Of a stretch of 64,000 nucleotides of DNA, positions 40,144-50,646 are shown one piece after another. This DNA comes from Thermofilaceae archaeon (GTDB taxonomy: Archaea; Thermoproteota; Thermoprotei; Thermofilales; Thermofilaceae), in NCBI GenBank assembly GCA_038861545.1, contig JAWCCZ010000001.1, positions 491,926 through 555,925 of the forward strand, given 5' to 3'. A program made the translations under genes and the position numbers. Below the pieces are notes generated by a model that did no database searches, had not been told where the DNA came from, and saw nothing but the letters and a program-made list of their open reading frames with translations. How positions within the stretch are numbered: the stretch's first letter is position 1; every line of letters starts with the position of its first letter.

Positions 40144-41163
40144 TTACTGAATCGGTGGCGGAATATGGAGAATCGGCTTGGGCTTATACGGCTCCTCCAT
40201 ATACTTTATTTCGTCGCTTGTGAGCTTCACGTTTAACGCCTCTACCGCTTCCTCTAGGTGTTCTACCTTACTAGTACCTATGATGGGCGCGGTTACACCT
40301 TTGTGGAACAGCCAAGCCAGGGCAATCTGCGCCGGTGTTACACTTTTACTATTCGCGACTTCGACGACTCTCTTAACGATCTCGGCGTTCTCAGGGGGCT
40401 CCACATAAGCTTTATAGGCGTAGAAGTTCGGGTCTCTCAGCCTAGCGGGGTCGTTTGGACCAATAACGATTCTCCCATCTTTCAGGAACCTGCCGGTGAG
40501 CACCCCTACAGCGTTAGGGCTGTAAGCTAAGTAAGCTATGTTATGCGCTTTACAGAACGGTATCATTTCCCTTTCCTCCTCCCTATAAAGGAGGTTGTAA
40601 GGCGTCTGAGTGCTGGTGAATTTCTCGTAACCCTTAAACTCGGCAGTGAAGATAGCCTTAGCGAACTGCCAGGTATACATGCTAGAGGCGCCGATATACC
40701 TAACTTTACCTTGATGCACTAAATCGGTTAAAGTTGAAAGGGTCTCTTCGATAGGTGTTTCATAGTCCCACCTGTGAATTTGGTAAAGGTCCACGTAGTC
40801 AGTCCTAAGCCTACGAAGGGAATCGTTTATTTGTTTCATAATATGTTTCCTCGATAACCCCCTGTCATTCGGTTTATTACTCATGGGGAAGTATACCTTC
40901 GTAGCAACTACAGCATCATCCCTTCTCCCCTCCAGGAATTCGCCTAAGATTTCTTCGGACTTGCCCATCGAGTACACGTTAGCAGTATCGAAGAAGTTGA
41001 CGCCTAGATCCCAAGCTTTGCTCAGCACTTTGAAAGCATCCTCCTTACCAACAACCCATCCACCGCCGCCTAAAATCTGCAAGCTGGAATCCCCGAAAGA
41101 CATGCACCCCAAGCATATTCTCGAAACTTTAAGACCCGACCATCCTAGGCGGACATACTCCAT
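40144..41163 (-). CDS. Aldo/keto reductase
   Basis: LKVSRICLGCM, FDTANVY, ATK, SLRRLRTDYVDLYQIH, GKVRYIG, AQIALAW. Confidence 0.95.
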   Translation of the reverse strand: MEYVRLGWSGLKVSRICLGCMSFGDSSLQILGGGGWVVGKEDAFKVLSKAWDLGVNFFDTANVYSMGKSEEILGEFLEGRRDDAVVATKVYFPMSNKPNDRGLSRKHIMKQINDSLRRLRTDYVDLYQIHRWDYETPIEETLSTLTDLVHQGKVRYIGASSMYTWQFAKAIFTAEFKGYEKFTSTQTPYNLLYREEEREMIPFCKAHNIAYLAYSPNAVGVLTGRFLKDGRIVIGPNDPARLRDPNFYAYKAYVEPPENAEIVKRVVEVANSKSVTPAQIALAWLFHKGVTAPIIGTSKVEHLEEAVEALNVKLTSDEIKYMEEPYKPKPILHIPPPIQ

Positions 41164-41315
41164 ACGGATAGCATGAATGCTTTTTCTTATATAGATGTTC
41201 CAAACGTTTCGCTAAATAGGTAGTTTATAGGCATCACCGGCATATTTGTTCAGTCACTTGAGCAAGCTGGTTGCCTGCAGCAATCGATTTGTATCTCTTC
41301 TTGGGTTTTACTCGC

Positions 41316-44030
41316 ATGGATAAGTTTAACCTGATTTTAATCGCTCATACTCATTGGGATCGAGAGTGGTACTACACATTTGATAAATTCAGGTATAGGT
41401 TAGTTAAGTGTCTCGACAGTGTACTAGACCTGTTAAAAGATCCTCGCTATGGTTCTTTCATGCTCGACGGACAGGTCGCCCCCCTAGATGACTATCTCGA
41501 GCTTCGACCGGAGAAAGCCTTAGAGGTTAAGGAACTTATTTCAAAGAACCGGTTAATTATTGGCCCTTGGTATGTTCAGCCTGACGAGTTCCTGGTTCAC
41601 GAGGAATCACTTATCAGGAATTTAATGTATGGACGCATGCGAGCGAAGGAGTACGGCGGGTTTTCCAACATTGGGTATTTACCTGACACATTTGGCCACA
41701 CCGCTCAACTGCCGCAGATTCTAAAGGGTTTCGGCATTGACACATTTGTTTTCCACCGCGGGATGGGAGAAGAGTTCGAAAAAGTTGGTACGCCATTTTC
41801 TTGGGTAGCCCCAGATGGGAGCGAAGTCTCCGCGCTCTTCCTCTATGGGGGTTACTGCAACCTAGCCTGGCTTCCTCCTGATCCTGACGCGGCCGCTGAG
41901 ATGGTCCGCGAGCTATACGAGCTTTGGAGAAAGTACTTGCGTATCAGGTCTATCCCCGGGATGGTGGGTTGCGATCACCACCTGCCTAAAGATTATTTGC
42001 CGAAGATTTCAGAGGAGCTTTCTCGTAGAAACCTGCCTGTACGTGTTTTTCAAGGGACACTGGATGAGGTTCTCACCGAAGCCCGTAAGGCGAGGCTAGG
42101 CAGGGTTAGTGGTGAGCTGTTAAGTAGTCGGTACCACTGGGTTTTATACGGTGTTTGGTCGACGCGGACATACTTGAAACAGGTGAACTTTGAGTGTGAA
42201 AGTTTAATGATCTACTCCGTCGAGCCGCTTTGGTCCATAGCTTACGTGCTCACCGGCATTTATCCGGAGAAGGAGATTTGGCAAGCTTGGCGTTACCTAC
42301 TGCTCTGTCACCCGCATGACTCGATCTGCGGCTGTAGCGTTGACGAAGTTCACCGAGAAGTGGAGGCTAGACTGATGAAGGTTAGAGAGCTAGGAGAGGA
42401 GTTGCTGCATTGCACGGGCAGGAAGTATGGGTCTCTGGAGGGTTTCTTAGCCGGCAGGGCGGGTTACAGCTATGAGTGGCATGCAATGCCCTTGATCGCG
42501 TCTAAGGTAGACCTTTCCTTCGCTGGTGACTCCGCTTACGTTATCGCCTTTAACACTCTACCGTGGAGGAGGAGAGCTGTCGTGAAGCTGAGGATTAAAC
42601 CTTACAAGTTTACAGCACTAATGCTTGATGAACTAGCCCGAGTATCTAGCAGAAACTTATCGAAAGACATTTCTAAATTGATTGAAAAAGGGGTGGTTAT
42701 CAGCTTTGATTTAAGGGGAGCATCCCTAAAGAGCGCGGAAGGGGAGCTTATTCCCTGTCAAGCAAGGGAACTAGAGGATGGAACGATAGAGTTTACATGG
42801 GTTGACGAACTCCCCGCTACAGGTTACAAAGCTTACGCCGTTGAGCCCGGGATCCAGCCTGTTACAGCGATGAGGTGGGGGCAAGCTTATATCGAAAACG
42901 AGTACTTTAGGGTAGAGTTCGATTTAGAGAATGGCGGAGCCCTAAAGTTAACCGATAAGAGAAGTGGGGAGGTGTACGAGGGGCTGGTTTTGCTCGAAGA
43001 CGGGGGAGACGTCGGAGACGAGTATGACTATTCACCTCCCCTACTGGATCATGTTTTAACAAGCCGTGGCTTTCGCGCCAACTTTAACGTAGTTGAGAGC
43101 GGGCCGGTCTACATTCGAGCTAAAGTGTCCTACACATTAAAATTACCAGTTGCAGCCTCTCTGAACGGGAAATCTAGGAGTAAAGAAGAGGTAAACATTC
43201 CAGTAGAAATTTACGCAACATTGTTTTCGGGAATACCGCGGCTCGATTTAGATATAATTATCGATAACAGGGCTAAGGATCACAGGCTTAGGGTGGTTTT
43301 CCCAACAGGGGTTAAAAGCGCAAAGCATTTAGCGAAGACACACTATATGGTTATTGAGAGGCCCAACAAGTCACCGTTCCATTATCGTAGAGGTGAGGAG
43401 AAAGCTTCAATACACACGTGGCCAACAAGACTCTGGGTATCTGTCGAAGATGGGAGAAGAGGGTTATGCGTGGTTGCTAAAGGATTGTATGAGTATGAAG
43501 TACGGGAAAGAGATGGGGCGGAGATAGTTTACACACTGTTAAGATCTGTAGGTTGGCTTTCGCGAAGTGACTTACTCACTAGACCCGGACACGCAGGCCC
43601 GGAGATTCAAACCCCTGATGCCCAGTGCCCTGGGTTACGTAAATTCGAACTTTGCATTATCCCATATTCAGGAAGTTGGGCTGAAGCGGGAGTGCACAGG
43701 ACCGCTTTAGAGTACGTTGCACCGGGTCTAGCGCATGAAGATATTCCTCATAAAGGCGATTTACCGTCACAGTATTCGCTCCTTGAAGTCAACAGCGATC
43801 TGCTACTCTTCTCAGCATTAAAAAAGAGCTTGGATGGAAGGGGCTTTATACTAAGGATTTACAACCCCACGCCGAGAGAGGTACCAGCTTCAGTGAAGCT
43901 AAACATTAAATCCCGAAGAGTCTTTAGAACCAGGCTTGACGAAACCCCTGTAGAGGAGCTGATGCCAAGCAGCGAGCTAAAGCTTAAGATCATGCCTTAC
44001 AAGGTCGAAACTATAAAGGTAGAGCTCTAA
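41316..44030 (+). CDS. GH38 alpha-mannosidase (MngB-like subgroup); likely start at ATG 41316
   Basis: HTHWDREWY, LDGQ, IGPWYVQPDEFL, YLPDTFGH, HDSICGCSVDEVH, DVGDEYDY. Confidence 0.92.
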   Translation: MDKFNLILIAHTHWDREWYYTFDKFRYRLVKCLDSVLDLLKDPRYGSFMLDGQVAPLDDYLELRPEKALEVKELISKNRLIIGPWYVQPDEFLVHEESLIRNLMYGRMRAKEYGGFSNIGYLPDTFGHTAQLPQILKGFGIDTFVFHRGMGEEFEKVGTPFSWVAPDGSEVSALFLYGGYCNLAWLPPDPDAAAEMVRELYELWRKYLRIRSIPGMVGCDHHLPKDYLPKISEELSRRNLPVRVFQGTLDEVLTEARKARLGRVSGELLSSRYHWVLYGVWSTRTYLKQVNFECESLMIYSVEPLWSIAYVLTGIYPEKEIWQAWRYLLLCHPHDSICGCSVDEVHREVEARLMKVRELGEELLHCTGRKYGSLEGFLAGRAGYSYEWHAMPLIASKVDLSFAGDSAYVIAFNTLPWRRRAVVKLRIKPYKFTALMLDELARVSSRNLSKDISKLIEKGVVISFDLRGASLKSAEGELIPCQARELEDGTIEFTWVDELPATGYKAYAVEPGIQPVTAMRWGQAYIENEYFRVEFDLENGGALKLTDKRSGEVYEGLVLLEDGGDVGDEYDYSPPLLDHVLTSRGFRANFNVVESGPVYIRAKVSYTLKLPVAASLNGKSRSKEEVNIPVEIYATLFSGIPRLDLDIIIDNRAKDHRLRVVFPTGVKSAKHLAKTHYMVIERPNKSPFHYRRGEEKASIHTWPTRLWVSVEDGRRGLCVVAKGLYEYEVRERDGAEIVYTLLRSVGWLSRSDLLTRPGHAGPEIQTPDAQCPGLRKFELCIIPYSGSWAEAGVHRTALEYVAPGLAHEDIPHKGDLPSQYSLLEVNSDLLLFSALKKSLDGRGFILRIYNPTPREVPASVKLNIKSRRVFRTRLDETPVEELMPSSELKLKIMPYKVETIKVEL

Positions 44031-44244
44031 CCTTTATTATATATGGTAAACTAGTATAGCGTATTTCGCTCATAGCTCAGCATTAACTGCATAGTTGGAT
44101 AAGAGGTGGACATGCTTTTAGAAATAAAACTTAGAGTAACAATGAGTTAGGCTCAGTTTTTATTTAATTGACCAGAATTCTGCGAAAGATTCAATTAGTA
44201 GCAAAGAATAGACGGGTAAAAGGTACACTTTCAGTGTCTAGAGG

Positions 44245-45198
44245 GTGCCCGGCATGGTTTACAGAGAGTTCATCGCTTACCAATATTCCGGGTTTCAAAG
44301 TTTCCGTAAGTTTGCCTACCTGATCATATTACTATATCATAATGTCAGGGTTAGGGATTGGAGAGCTTATATGGCGATGGGAATGCTTGGTTACCTACAT
44401 TACTCCCAAAATTTACCGGCCAGCAGGTTTATCCTGAATGCTATTATGCTGGCTATCACTTTAGTATTGTACTTGGCTTTTGCTTTTTCCATTAATAACT
44501 GCTTTGACGTAGACTGCGATAGGCTTCAACAGCGAAAACTTACTAAAAATCCGATAGCATCGGGCTTGATCAATTTCAAAACCGGTCTAGTGTTTTCTTT
44601 ATGCTTAGCATTTACAGGCTTCTTGCTCACTCTGATATGGTTTCAACCAGCCGGCACCCCCTCAACAATATATCTGGCTTTACTGACTCTAGCCGGTTTT
44701 TACTCTTCACCCCCTTTAAGGTTTAAATCGAAGCCATTTTTCGACCTCTTATCGCATAGCTTATTCTTCGGAGGTTTATTATACCTGTATGGAGCATCGG
44801 CAGGAGGAGGGTTACCTCTTTACTTATTGCCCATAGCCTTATCCATATCTTTATATTCTATAATATTGGAGCTAAGAAACCATATCGAAGATTTTCAGGC
44901 GGATGCCAGCGCGGGGGTTAGAACTGTAGTTATTCGACTGGGGTGCAAAAGATCGGAAACTATTTTACGGGTACTTCTAACTTGGCATTGGATATGCCTA
45001 GCCGCCATTTCAATTATTTCTTATCCCTATGCTACAGTAATACCAGTGGCAGCTCTTATCTACCTGTTAGCCCGGTGGGAGAGCGTCAGTATTTCATCAA
45101 GTTACCTTAGAGTGGCTGATTTGGCGACCTGTATCTTTTACTCTGTGATTACGTTCCCGCATGTCTTGACAATTGTGCTGAGGGTGTTGACTCTTTGA
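44245..45198 (+). CDS. UbiA family prenyltransferase (start uncertain)
   Basis: NNCFDVDCD...NPIASG, YSSPPLRFK, NHIEDFQAD..AG. Confidence 0.85.
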   Translation: MPGMVYREFIAYQYSGFQSFRKFAYLIILLYHNVRVRDWRAYMAMGMLGYLHYSQNLPASRFILNAIMLAITLVLYLAFAFSINNCFDVDCDRLQQRKLTKNPIASGLINFKTGLVFSLCLAFTGFLLTLIWFQPAGTPSTIYLALLTLAGFYSSPPLRFKSKPFFDLLSHSLFFGGLLYLYGASAGGGLPLYLLPIALSISLYSIILELRNHIEDFQADASAGVRTVVIRLGCKRSETILRVLLTWHWICLAAISIISYPYATVIPVAALIYLLARWESVSISSSYLRVADLATCIFYSVITFPHVLTIVLRVLTL

Positions 45199-46310
45199 GG
45201 GTGATTCTTTCCAGTGATTATTTTTACCCTAAAATTGGGGGAATAACAACTCATATTGAATACTTAGCTAAATCGCTTGAGCAGAAAGGTCATGAGATAG
45301 TTATCCTAACCAAAAAAGGTAACTTTAACGATGCCTCTCATCGTTTGAACGTTGTTAGAGTTAATTCTCTTTTCAATTATTCGGGTGTTTTAGACTTACC
45401 CAGCACTGACGAAATCGATCGTATTATCGAGCAGATGAAGCCCGACATCTTGCATGCTCACCATGCTTTTTCACCGTTATCGCTATTCTCTCTATCAATA
45501 GCGAAGAAACGCGGTGTAGCTACAGTGCTTACAAATCATTCAATTCAGTTCATGTACAATTTCGATCTCCTGTGGAGGCCGTCATCATATATTCTATTCC
45601 CAATACGTCAAATGATAAACAGTGCCGATAGAATAATAGCCGTAAGCCAAGCTGCTAAAGAGTTTATCCGCTACTTTACAGATAAGGATATAGTGACGAT
45701 ACCGAACGGAGTAAACGTCAGAGAATTTGCTCCTGAGAAGAAAGAATTCGATGGGAGAAGCATACTCTTCGTCGGCAGGCTCGTTTATAGGAAAGGCGTA
45801 CATCTCTTGCTGGAAGTAATGCTCCACGTTCTCACGAAGCTGCCTGATGTATGTTTAACGATAGCTGGTACAGGTTACTTAGCCACGTTTGTAAGGTATC
45901 TCATCAAAGATTGGGGGTTGCAAAGAAACGTAACGGTTATCCTAAAGCCTAGCAGGCTAAAGTTGATCGAACTTTACCGTAAAGCTAACGTGTTTGTACT
46001 TCCATCGATTTACGGCGAGTCCTTCGGGATTGTTGCGCTTGAGGCGATGGCCTCTAAAACCCCCATAGTTGCAGCAAACCAAGGTGGAATAAGTGAAATT
46101 ATTAAACACGGGGAAACAGGGTTTCTGGTAGATAAAGGCAACGTTAAATTGATGGCTGATTACATCATCCAAGTTCTAGAGGATAAGAGCTACGCTAGAG
46201 CTGTTTCCGAGAGAGCTTTCAAAAACGTGTGGAACTACGATTGGAGTGTAATAACTCCGAGGATAGAGAAAGTCTACGAGGAGGTTATTGCCGACTCGAA
46301 AACACCTTAA
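45195..46310 (+). CDS. GT4 glycosyltransferase, PIG-A-like
   Basis: SDYFYPKIGG, HAHH, TNHS, FVGRLVYRKG, ESFGIVALEAMA. Confidence 0.9.
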   Translation: MRVILSSDYFYPKIGGITTHIEYLAKSLEQKGHEIVILTKKGNFNDASHRLNVVRVNSLFNYSGVLDLPSTDEIDRIIEQMKPDILHAHHAFSPLSLFSLSIAKKRGVATVLTNHSIQFMYNFDLLWRPSSYILFPIRQMINSADRIIAVSQAAKEFIRYFTDKDIVTIPNGVNVREFAPEKKEFDGRSILFVGRLVYRKGVHLLLEVMLHVLTKLPDVCLTIAGTGYLATFVRYLIKDWGLQRNVTVILKPSRLKLIELYRKANVFVLPSIYGESFGIVALEAMASKTPIVAANQGGISEIIKHGETGFLVDKGNVKLMADYIIQVLEDKSYARAVSERAFKNVWNYDWSVITPRIEKVYEEVIADSKTP

Positions 46311-46336
46311 ATCTTAGGTTGTAAACCGGATTTATC

Positions 46337-46741
46337 CTAAACGTAACCTTTCGGCTCTCCTTTCTCAGGCTGGGGGGCTGAGACCGGCATTGGTACCGGC
46401 GGAGGCAGACCAATCTCCCTCGATAAGAGGGCAATTATGGGAAAGAGATAACTATAGATCGAAGCAGCTATAGCAGGTGGAGCTTGTCCGCTTTTCACCC
46501 CGTTTTCCAGTGAGTTACATTCTTCTTCATTGCTCGGGGTAATATTCGCTAAACCTTTCACATCTATTGAAGCTATCGGAGGCGAGTACTCGAGCTTGAC
46601 TACAAAGCTAAGCCTGTACCCTGGTTGGCTTTTTTCAAGCTTACCTAACATTATGTTAACATTGATCCCGAGCTGGCTAATAGCCTCGAAATTATACCTT
46701 TCAGCCCGTATACTCTCCACTTGGAACGAGAGGTTAGGCAT
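46337..46741 (-). CDS. Conserved-type hypothetical protein, possibly SecB-like fold (likely ATG 46741)
   Basis: Alternating beta strands, then a helix and REIGLPPPVP; the longer ORF call overlaps the opposite-strand gene. Confidence 0.6.
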   Translation of the reverse strand: MPNLSFQVESIRAERYNFEAISQLGINVNIMLGKLEKSQPGYRLSFVVKLEYSPPIASIDVKGLANITPSNEEECNSLENGVKSGQAPPAIAASIYSYLFPIIALLSREIGLPPPVPMPVSAPQPEKGEPKGYV

Positions 46742-46823
46742 ACTCCACCTTCCATAAACTTCTAAAGTTATAATTTTTTGCATTCCAGATATTATGGGCT
46801 GGGCTAAAAGGCTATAAAGAGCA

Positions 46824-48242
46824 GTGTCTAAATTAGCGCCTATGGATAATGTGTTGCATTTCATGACTACCCCCTTACCGGGAGACCTGTGTTCACTTTT
46901 AGAGCGAGGTGAGTTTTCGAAAGCAGAGCAGTTAATAGCGGAAATGCTTCGCATCGCTACAGGAGTTGAACGGTTAAGGCTTGAATTCGAACTCGATAGA
47001 ATTGCCAGGTGGAGGTATGAATTCCCTTACACACTGGATCAAGGATTTAGAGAGCTTGGAAAAGAGGTACCGGATCTAAAGCGTGAAGAAATGGAGGCGT
47101 TATTAACTGAAGGTTGTCTAGATTACTCTATTATCGATGGAGAGGTAAGGCTGTTAAGAAGGTTTGTTCCCAATGCATTCTGGATGTGCCCTAAGCTGAA
47201 AGCGAGGCGGGCTAAAGGCTGGGATGAGCTTAATTGGGCTGTTAACGCTGTCTTAAAGAGCCGTGCTAACCGCGTAACCCAAACCGCCCGCGAACTCGGC
47301 GGTGGACATGTGTTGCCTTTGAAGTACAGAGTTAGGGCTGAAATAGTAGTTAAACCAGGTGTGGCTCCTAAAGGAGAAACTCTTAGAGTATGGTTACCAT
47401 TGCCGCGGGTCTGTGATCTACATCCCGAAGTGCGAATACTTTCAGCCGAACCTAGACCCGTTCACGTTGCATGTGACTACCATCCTCAGAGGACTGCCTA
47501 TTTCGAAGTTGAAATGGGAACTAAGGGTAGTGCGTGCAGCCTAGAGTTTGAGTTTGTCTCTCGGGGATTCTACATAGAAGTTGATCCTCAACAGGTTTAC
47601 GTTGACGAGAAGTCAGATATCTATGAGCTTTACACCTCAGAGCGCCCACCGCATGTCGTGAAGACACCTTGCATGGTGGATCTAGCTCAACGCATTGTAG
47701 GGGATGAGAAAAACCCCTACTTAGTGGCTAAGAGAATCTGGGATTGGGTAACGAGCAACGTACGCTACACCTATGCCAGAGATTATACTTTGTATAACTG
47801 TATAAGCAAATACGTGGCTAAAGAAAAGCGGGGAGACTGTGGCATGCAAGCATTACTTTTCATCACTTTATGCCGCATAGCGGGTGTGCCGGCACGATGG
47901 CAGTCAGGCTGGTACATGAATCCAGTGAAATGGGGGATGCATGATTGGGCTCAATTTTATGTTGAGCCGTATGGGTGGCTCTACGCAGACCCTAGCTTCG
48001 GTGGAAAATGGCGTGGTGAGGGGTGGAGAAACAGCTTCTATTTCGGTAATAGTGAGGGTTATAGAATGGCTCCCAACATCGAGGTATCATCATGTTTTGA
48101 TCCCCCCAAAAAATTCTTTAGATCCGATCCCGTCGACAGTCAACGTGGCGAGGTAGAATGGGAGCGCGGCAATCTCTATTACGATAAGTGGGACTTCCAG
48201 CTACGTGTTCTCGAAGTTAAAAGCTTAGAGGAGCTTGAGTGA
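46824..48242 (+). CDS. Transglutaminase-like domain protein
   Basis: GDCG, CRIAGVPARWQSG, HDWAQFY..PYGW..ADP (Cys-His-Asp triad). Confidence 0.9.
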   Translation: MSKLAPMDNVLHFMTTPLPGDLCSLLERGEFSKAEQLIAEMLRIATGVERLRLEFELDRIARWRYEFPYTLDQGFRELGKEVPDLKREEMEALLTEGCLDYSIIDGEVRLLRRFVPNAFWMCPKLKARRAKGWDELNWAVNAVLKSRANRVTQTARELGGGHVLPLKYRVRAEIVVKPGVAPKGETLRVWLPLPRVCDLHPEVRILSAEPRPVHVACDYHPQRTAYFEVEMGTKGSACSLEFEFVSRGFYIEVDPQQVYVDEKSDIYELYTSERPPHVVKTPCMVDLAQRIVGDEKNPYLVAKRIWDWVTSNVRYTYARDYTLYNCISKYVAKEKRGDCGMQALLFITLCRIAGVPARWQSGWYMNPVKWGMHDWAQFYVEPYGWLYADPSFGGKWRGEGWRNSFYFGNSEGYRMAPNIEVSSCFDPPKKFFRSDPVDSQRGEVEWERGNLYYDKWDFQLRVLEVKSLEELE

Positions 48243-48433
48243 GTAGAAAAGTAATTTCTTGGAGTAAACTAAATTCAAACTACCAGATTCCATCCTTAGA
48301 GATGAAGAATCCCTAGCAGGCTAAGCTGTGACAGCCATTTCCTCGAGATAGTTATACAACAGTTTTGAACTTTCTCAAGAGTTTGCTGTGACTCCTTTAG
48401 ACAAGATTATTTAGATATATACGTGATAAACAA

Positions 48434-49435
48434 TTATTTTTCCATCTTCTCGTCACGGTAAGATGGCCTCTCTGAAAGTAAGATCAGAGCCGGAGTAGCT
48501 AGAGTTTCTCCAAATTCTTTGAGGAGCTGCCTCATTATATCGCTTCTAAATATCTGAGGGAAGATTGGCCTATCTGGCTTAACTCTAAGCTCGTAAGTTA
48601 CGGAGTAAGGAGATAATTCTTTAATTAAAAGACGGTAATCACTAATCCCAATGCTTTCATGGTGCTCGCTGTAGGTTTGTAGTGCTCTGATGATGCCAGC
48701 TTTAACATCCTCGTAAGGGAAGCTGTAAGGTAGGGTGAAACACAGGTCCACGTAGCTGCGGGTTCTACGACTGAAGGTTTTTCTGTAGATTTCTAATAGA
48801 AATCTGAGGTTAGGCACATATATTTCCTCATTAAGATTGTTCAGCAGCACTGTGTGCGAGTAGCCTATTCTAACGACTTTCAATACCTCGCTGCCGAAGC
48901 TTATGTAATCACCTGCCTCGATTAAATCGCCAAACTTTAACACCATCCATGCTAAGTAATTACCGAAGATTTCCTTAACCTGTAAGGCTACTATCATGGC
49001 AATTAAAACCGATGTAAACCCTGAAAGCGTAGATGCGACCCACTCCGCCACTCCGGCTACCGCGGATACTCTGATCGAAACTAGCCTCAAGCTGGTTACA
49101 AGGAATACTAGGATCGCAATGGCACCGAAAGATACTCGAGCAAAAAATATCAGTTGTTTATACTTCGGTTTTTCGCTCAGGAGTGTAGAGATTACACCAC
49201 CTATATCATATGCCAGCCTAGCCAGAAAGTAGGATAAAATAAGCGAGGTGAGCCCGAATAGAGTTATGTAGATGCTTAAAGCTTGTTCGGGGGGCAGAAC
49301 AAATTCGATGTAATACGTTATGAAATGCTCTGAGACATGTATCGCGAACAACAACACTGTTGTCAAAATTACTCGTAGCAAAGACCGCCTAAGCATCTGT
49401 AATACGTTTAAACTATTCCGGTAAATGTCTGGCAA
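48434..49435 (-). CDS. MscS family mechanosensitive channel
   Basis: N-terminal TM helices, GDYI, IGYSHT, IYVPN. Confidence 0.8.
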   Translation of the reverse strand: MPDIYRNSLNVLQMLRRSLLRVILTTVLLFAIHVSEHFITYYIEFVLPPEQALSIYITLFGLTSLILSYFLARLAYDIGGVISTLLSEKPKYKQLIFFARVSFGAIAILVFLVTSLRLVSIRVSAVAGVAEWVASTLSGFTSVLIAMIVALQVKEIFGNYLAWMVLKFGDLIEAGDYISFGSEVLKVVRIGYSHTVLLNNLNEEIYVPNLRFLLEIYRKTFSRRTRSYVDLCFTLPYSFPYEDVKAGIIRALQTYSEHHESIGISDYRLLIKELSPYSVTYELRVKPDRPIFPQIFRSDIMRQLLKEFGETLATPALILLSERPSYRDEKMEK

Positions 49436-49649
49436 GGCACCCCAGTAAGACTTTTTGCAGACTGATAAGAGGATTGCGTTTATATCTTACTTTTAGGTAG
49501 CCAAGTACATACTTGTTGACTAGAAAGGTAAAACAGTTAAGTATCTCTTAACTCCCATTTTTATTCCGGGAAAGTCTTCAGACAATATATACATTAGAGC
49601 TGGAGTTAGGGTTATAAGGGAGAAAACGAAAGTTATAGGGGTATACGTT

Positions 49650-50138
49650 ATGAGTGTTATCGATGTTAGATCGGATTTTAACAGGCAACTGAACCAAGAG
49701 CTCCGAAATGCGTACTTTTACTTTTCGATGTCGGCTTTCTTCGATAACTTATCGTTAACCGGTTTTGCCCACTTTTTTAGAGTTCAAGCGAAAGAGGAGC
49801 TTGGACATGCTATGAAGTTTTACGAGTTCATTGTAGATAGGGGGTGGAGGGTCGAGCTTCAAGAAATCCATAAGCCTAAGGCTGAATGGGGTAGCATTTT
49901 AGAAGCTGTTCAAGATTTTCTAAAAGCTGAGGAGGAGAATACAAAGCGTATATGGCAGATGGTTGACTTAACACGTCAAGCCGGCGATAAGGCAGCCGAG
50001 AGCTTTCTACAATGGTTTGTAAACGAGCAAGTGGAGGAGGAAAAAACTGCGAGCGAGCTTTTAGCACACTTAAAGCTGGTGAAAGATCAACCCGCTGGGC
50101 TGCTTGCGTTAGACAGGGAGTTATCCGAGAGAAAGTAA
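49650..50138 (+). CDS. ftn: Ferritin (non-haem)
   Basis: QLNQEL..AYFY, QAKEELGHAMKF, FLQWFVNEQVEEE. Confidence 0.95.
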   Translation: MSVIDVRSDFNRQLNQELRNAYFYFSMSAFFDNLSLTGFAHFFRVQAKEELGHAMKFYEFIVDRGWRVELQEIHKPKAEWGSILEAVQDFLKAEEENTKRIWQMVDLTRQAGDKAAESFLQWFVNEQVEEEKTASELLAHLKLVKDQPAGLLALDRELSERK

Positions 50139-50241
50139 CGCTACGACTTTAGTGTAAACTTTCAAAATTTAAAAGTTTGTTAATAGGGATTAGAAGTTTT
50201 AAATTATAGCGGAGAAGTTATTTACACTTATTTTTCTGATT

Positions 50242-50556
50242 TTATTCGAATATTGAAATAACCTTATCCATAAAGCGCTTTCCCTCACCTGCTGTTTTCA
50301 AAATATATTCTACAATAACGTCATCGCTCTGTTCAGTAATGTTCAAAATCATTGCTTTAACTCCTCTGCTCTCCAGTAGTTGTGAAAAGTCATCGAAGTA
50401 ATCATAGAAGCCGCAACTTAAGCAGAAGCTATCACGAAACTCCGCTATGAGCTTGTTTTCACGTCAACCAACAATTTTGACCGTAGCTTCGACCCCGTGG
50501 AACCGGTTAAATTCTTCAATCGCATACTCTATAAGCTGTTTGACTTGGTTATTCAT
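50242..50556 (-). pseudogene. 104-codon CxxC protein gene with a single in-frame TGA (50464-50466)
   Basis: Hand translation MNNQ...AIEEFNRFHGVEATVKIVG*RENKLIAEFRDSFCLSCGFYDYFDDF...SIFE; frame intact across the stop. Confidence 0.7.
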
Positions 50557-50646
50557 CTAAGGAGTGTTAGTTAATCGGCTTATAAACTTCAGCTTTCTTA
50601 GCGTACCTAATGTTACTTTTAAAAGGAGTGGCTTGCCGAACTAGCG

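Noticed and set aside
50464-50466. In-frame UGA as selenocysteine
   Set aside because: It is not at a Cys of the CxxC motif and I saw no SECIS-like hairpin; a nonsense mutation or sequencing error is simpler
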